Assembly: GCA_049472355.1 (NCBI GenBank)
Contig: JBLIRP010000032.1
Location: forward strand, 1-36,667
Length of the DNA stretch: 36,667 nucleotides
From: a bacterium
Lineage (GTDB): Bacteria > SZUA-182 > DTGQ01 > JAFGSM01
Direction: 5' to 3'
Shown: positions 36,324-36,667 of the stretch, piece after piece
How the letters are laid out: every line of letters begins with the position of its first letter
How positions within the stretch are numbered: position 1 is the first letter of the stretch
Notes under the pieces: generated by a model
Databases searched by the model: none
Seen by the model: only the letters and a program-made list of their open reading frames with translations
Told to the model about the DNA's origin: nothing
Made by a program: the position numbers and the translations under genes

Positions 36324-36667
36324 ATGGCCAAGATCGACATTACGAGGACAGAGCTGGTGTGGCCGGGGAAATACAATGAAGACGGCACCCTAAAAGAGGT
36401 CCCAAGGGTCAACCTCCCCTTCCAGGTGATCGAGACCATCAATGAGAGCCGCGCTACCCGCGAGGCTAAGGGCCGGCAGATATCCCTCTTCGATGTGTGG
36501 AAGGGGGATGAAGGCAACAGCTTCGAGGAGGGGTGGAAGAACAAGCTGATATGGGGTGACAACCTTTTGGTGATGGGGTCACTGCTGGAGAAGTATGCAG
36601 GGAAGATAGACCTTATCTATATCGATCCGCCCTTTGCTACCGGAGCGGATTTTAATACAACAGGATT
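36324..36667 (+). CDS. N6-adenine/N4-cytosine DNA methyltransferase (beta class, type III Mod-like), 5' part only
   Basis: My translation: MAKIDITRTELVWPGKYNEDG...WKNKLIWGDNLLVMGSLLEKYAGKIDLIYIDPPFATG. ELVWPGK, GDNL and motif IV DPPF; GAGGTG SD. Confidence 0.9.
   Translation, partial: MAKIDITRTELVWPGKYNEDGTLKEVPRVNLPFQVIETINESRATREAKGRQISLFDVWKGDEGNSFEEGWKNKLIWGDNLLVMGSLLEKYAGKIDLIYIDPPFATGADFNTTG

Larger units (their letters stand above)
30782..36667. mobile_element. Genomic island integrated at the tRNA-Leu 3' end (right boundary outside window)
   Basis: Abrupt AT enrichment (about 31080-32750); integrase stub, Xis-like and Cro/C1 genes next to the tRNA; radC, helicase-nuclease and methyltransferase cargo. 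Confidence 0.75.

Overview
Bacterial chromosomal window, GC-rich over most of its length, with four zones. (1) 1-7.9 kb: a dispersed C30 (diapo-)carotenoid cluster on the minus strand, with CrtN-like desaturase, AldH-like aldehyde dehydrogenase and a CrtP/CrtNb-like oxidase running off the left edge. It is interleaved with a TPR protein, a bile-acid:Na+ symporter-like gene, a DUF2834-like gene and an alpha/beta hydrolase. (2) 8.4-12 kb: a DNA-damage cassette, DUF763-like gene / lexA / 36-bp tandem repeat array / small ImuB-C-like gene / catalytically intact Y-family polymerase. A near-consensus sigma70 promoter and a candidate TAAC-N4-GTTA operator precede lexA. (3) 13-30.8 kb: housekeeping genes, greA, then on the minus strand tRNA-Val, thrS, infC (ATA start), rpmI, rplT, pheS, pheT, zapB-like, zapA, 6S RNA, 5-FTHF cyclo-ligase, rny and ymdB. 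A Memo-AMMECR1 fusion, a glycosylation-like gene pair, tRNA-Ala and tRNA-Leu follow. (4) From 30.8 kb: a genomic island at the 3' end of tRNA-Leu(CAA), with a truncated integrase stub, Xis-like and Cro/C1 HTH genes, AT-rich DNA, and a coupled radC / UvrD-helicase-nuclease / DNA methyltransferase operon that runs off the right edge (candidate defence system). Two copies of a ~132-bp MITE with terminal inverted repeats and apparent 6-bp target duplications lie at 8.1 kb and 21.9 kb. All family assignments come from motif recognition by eye; no searches were run.
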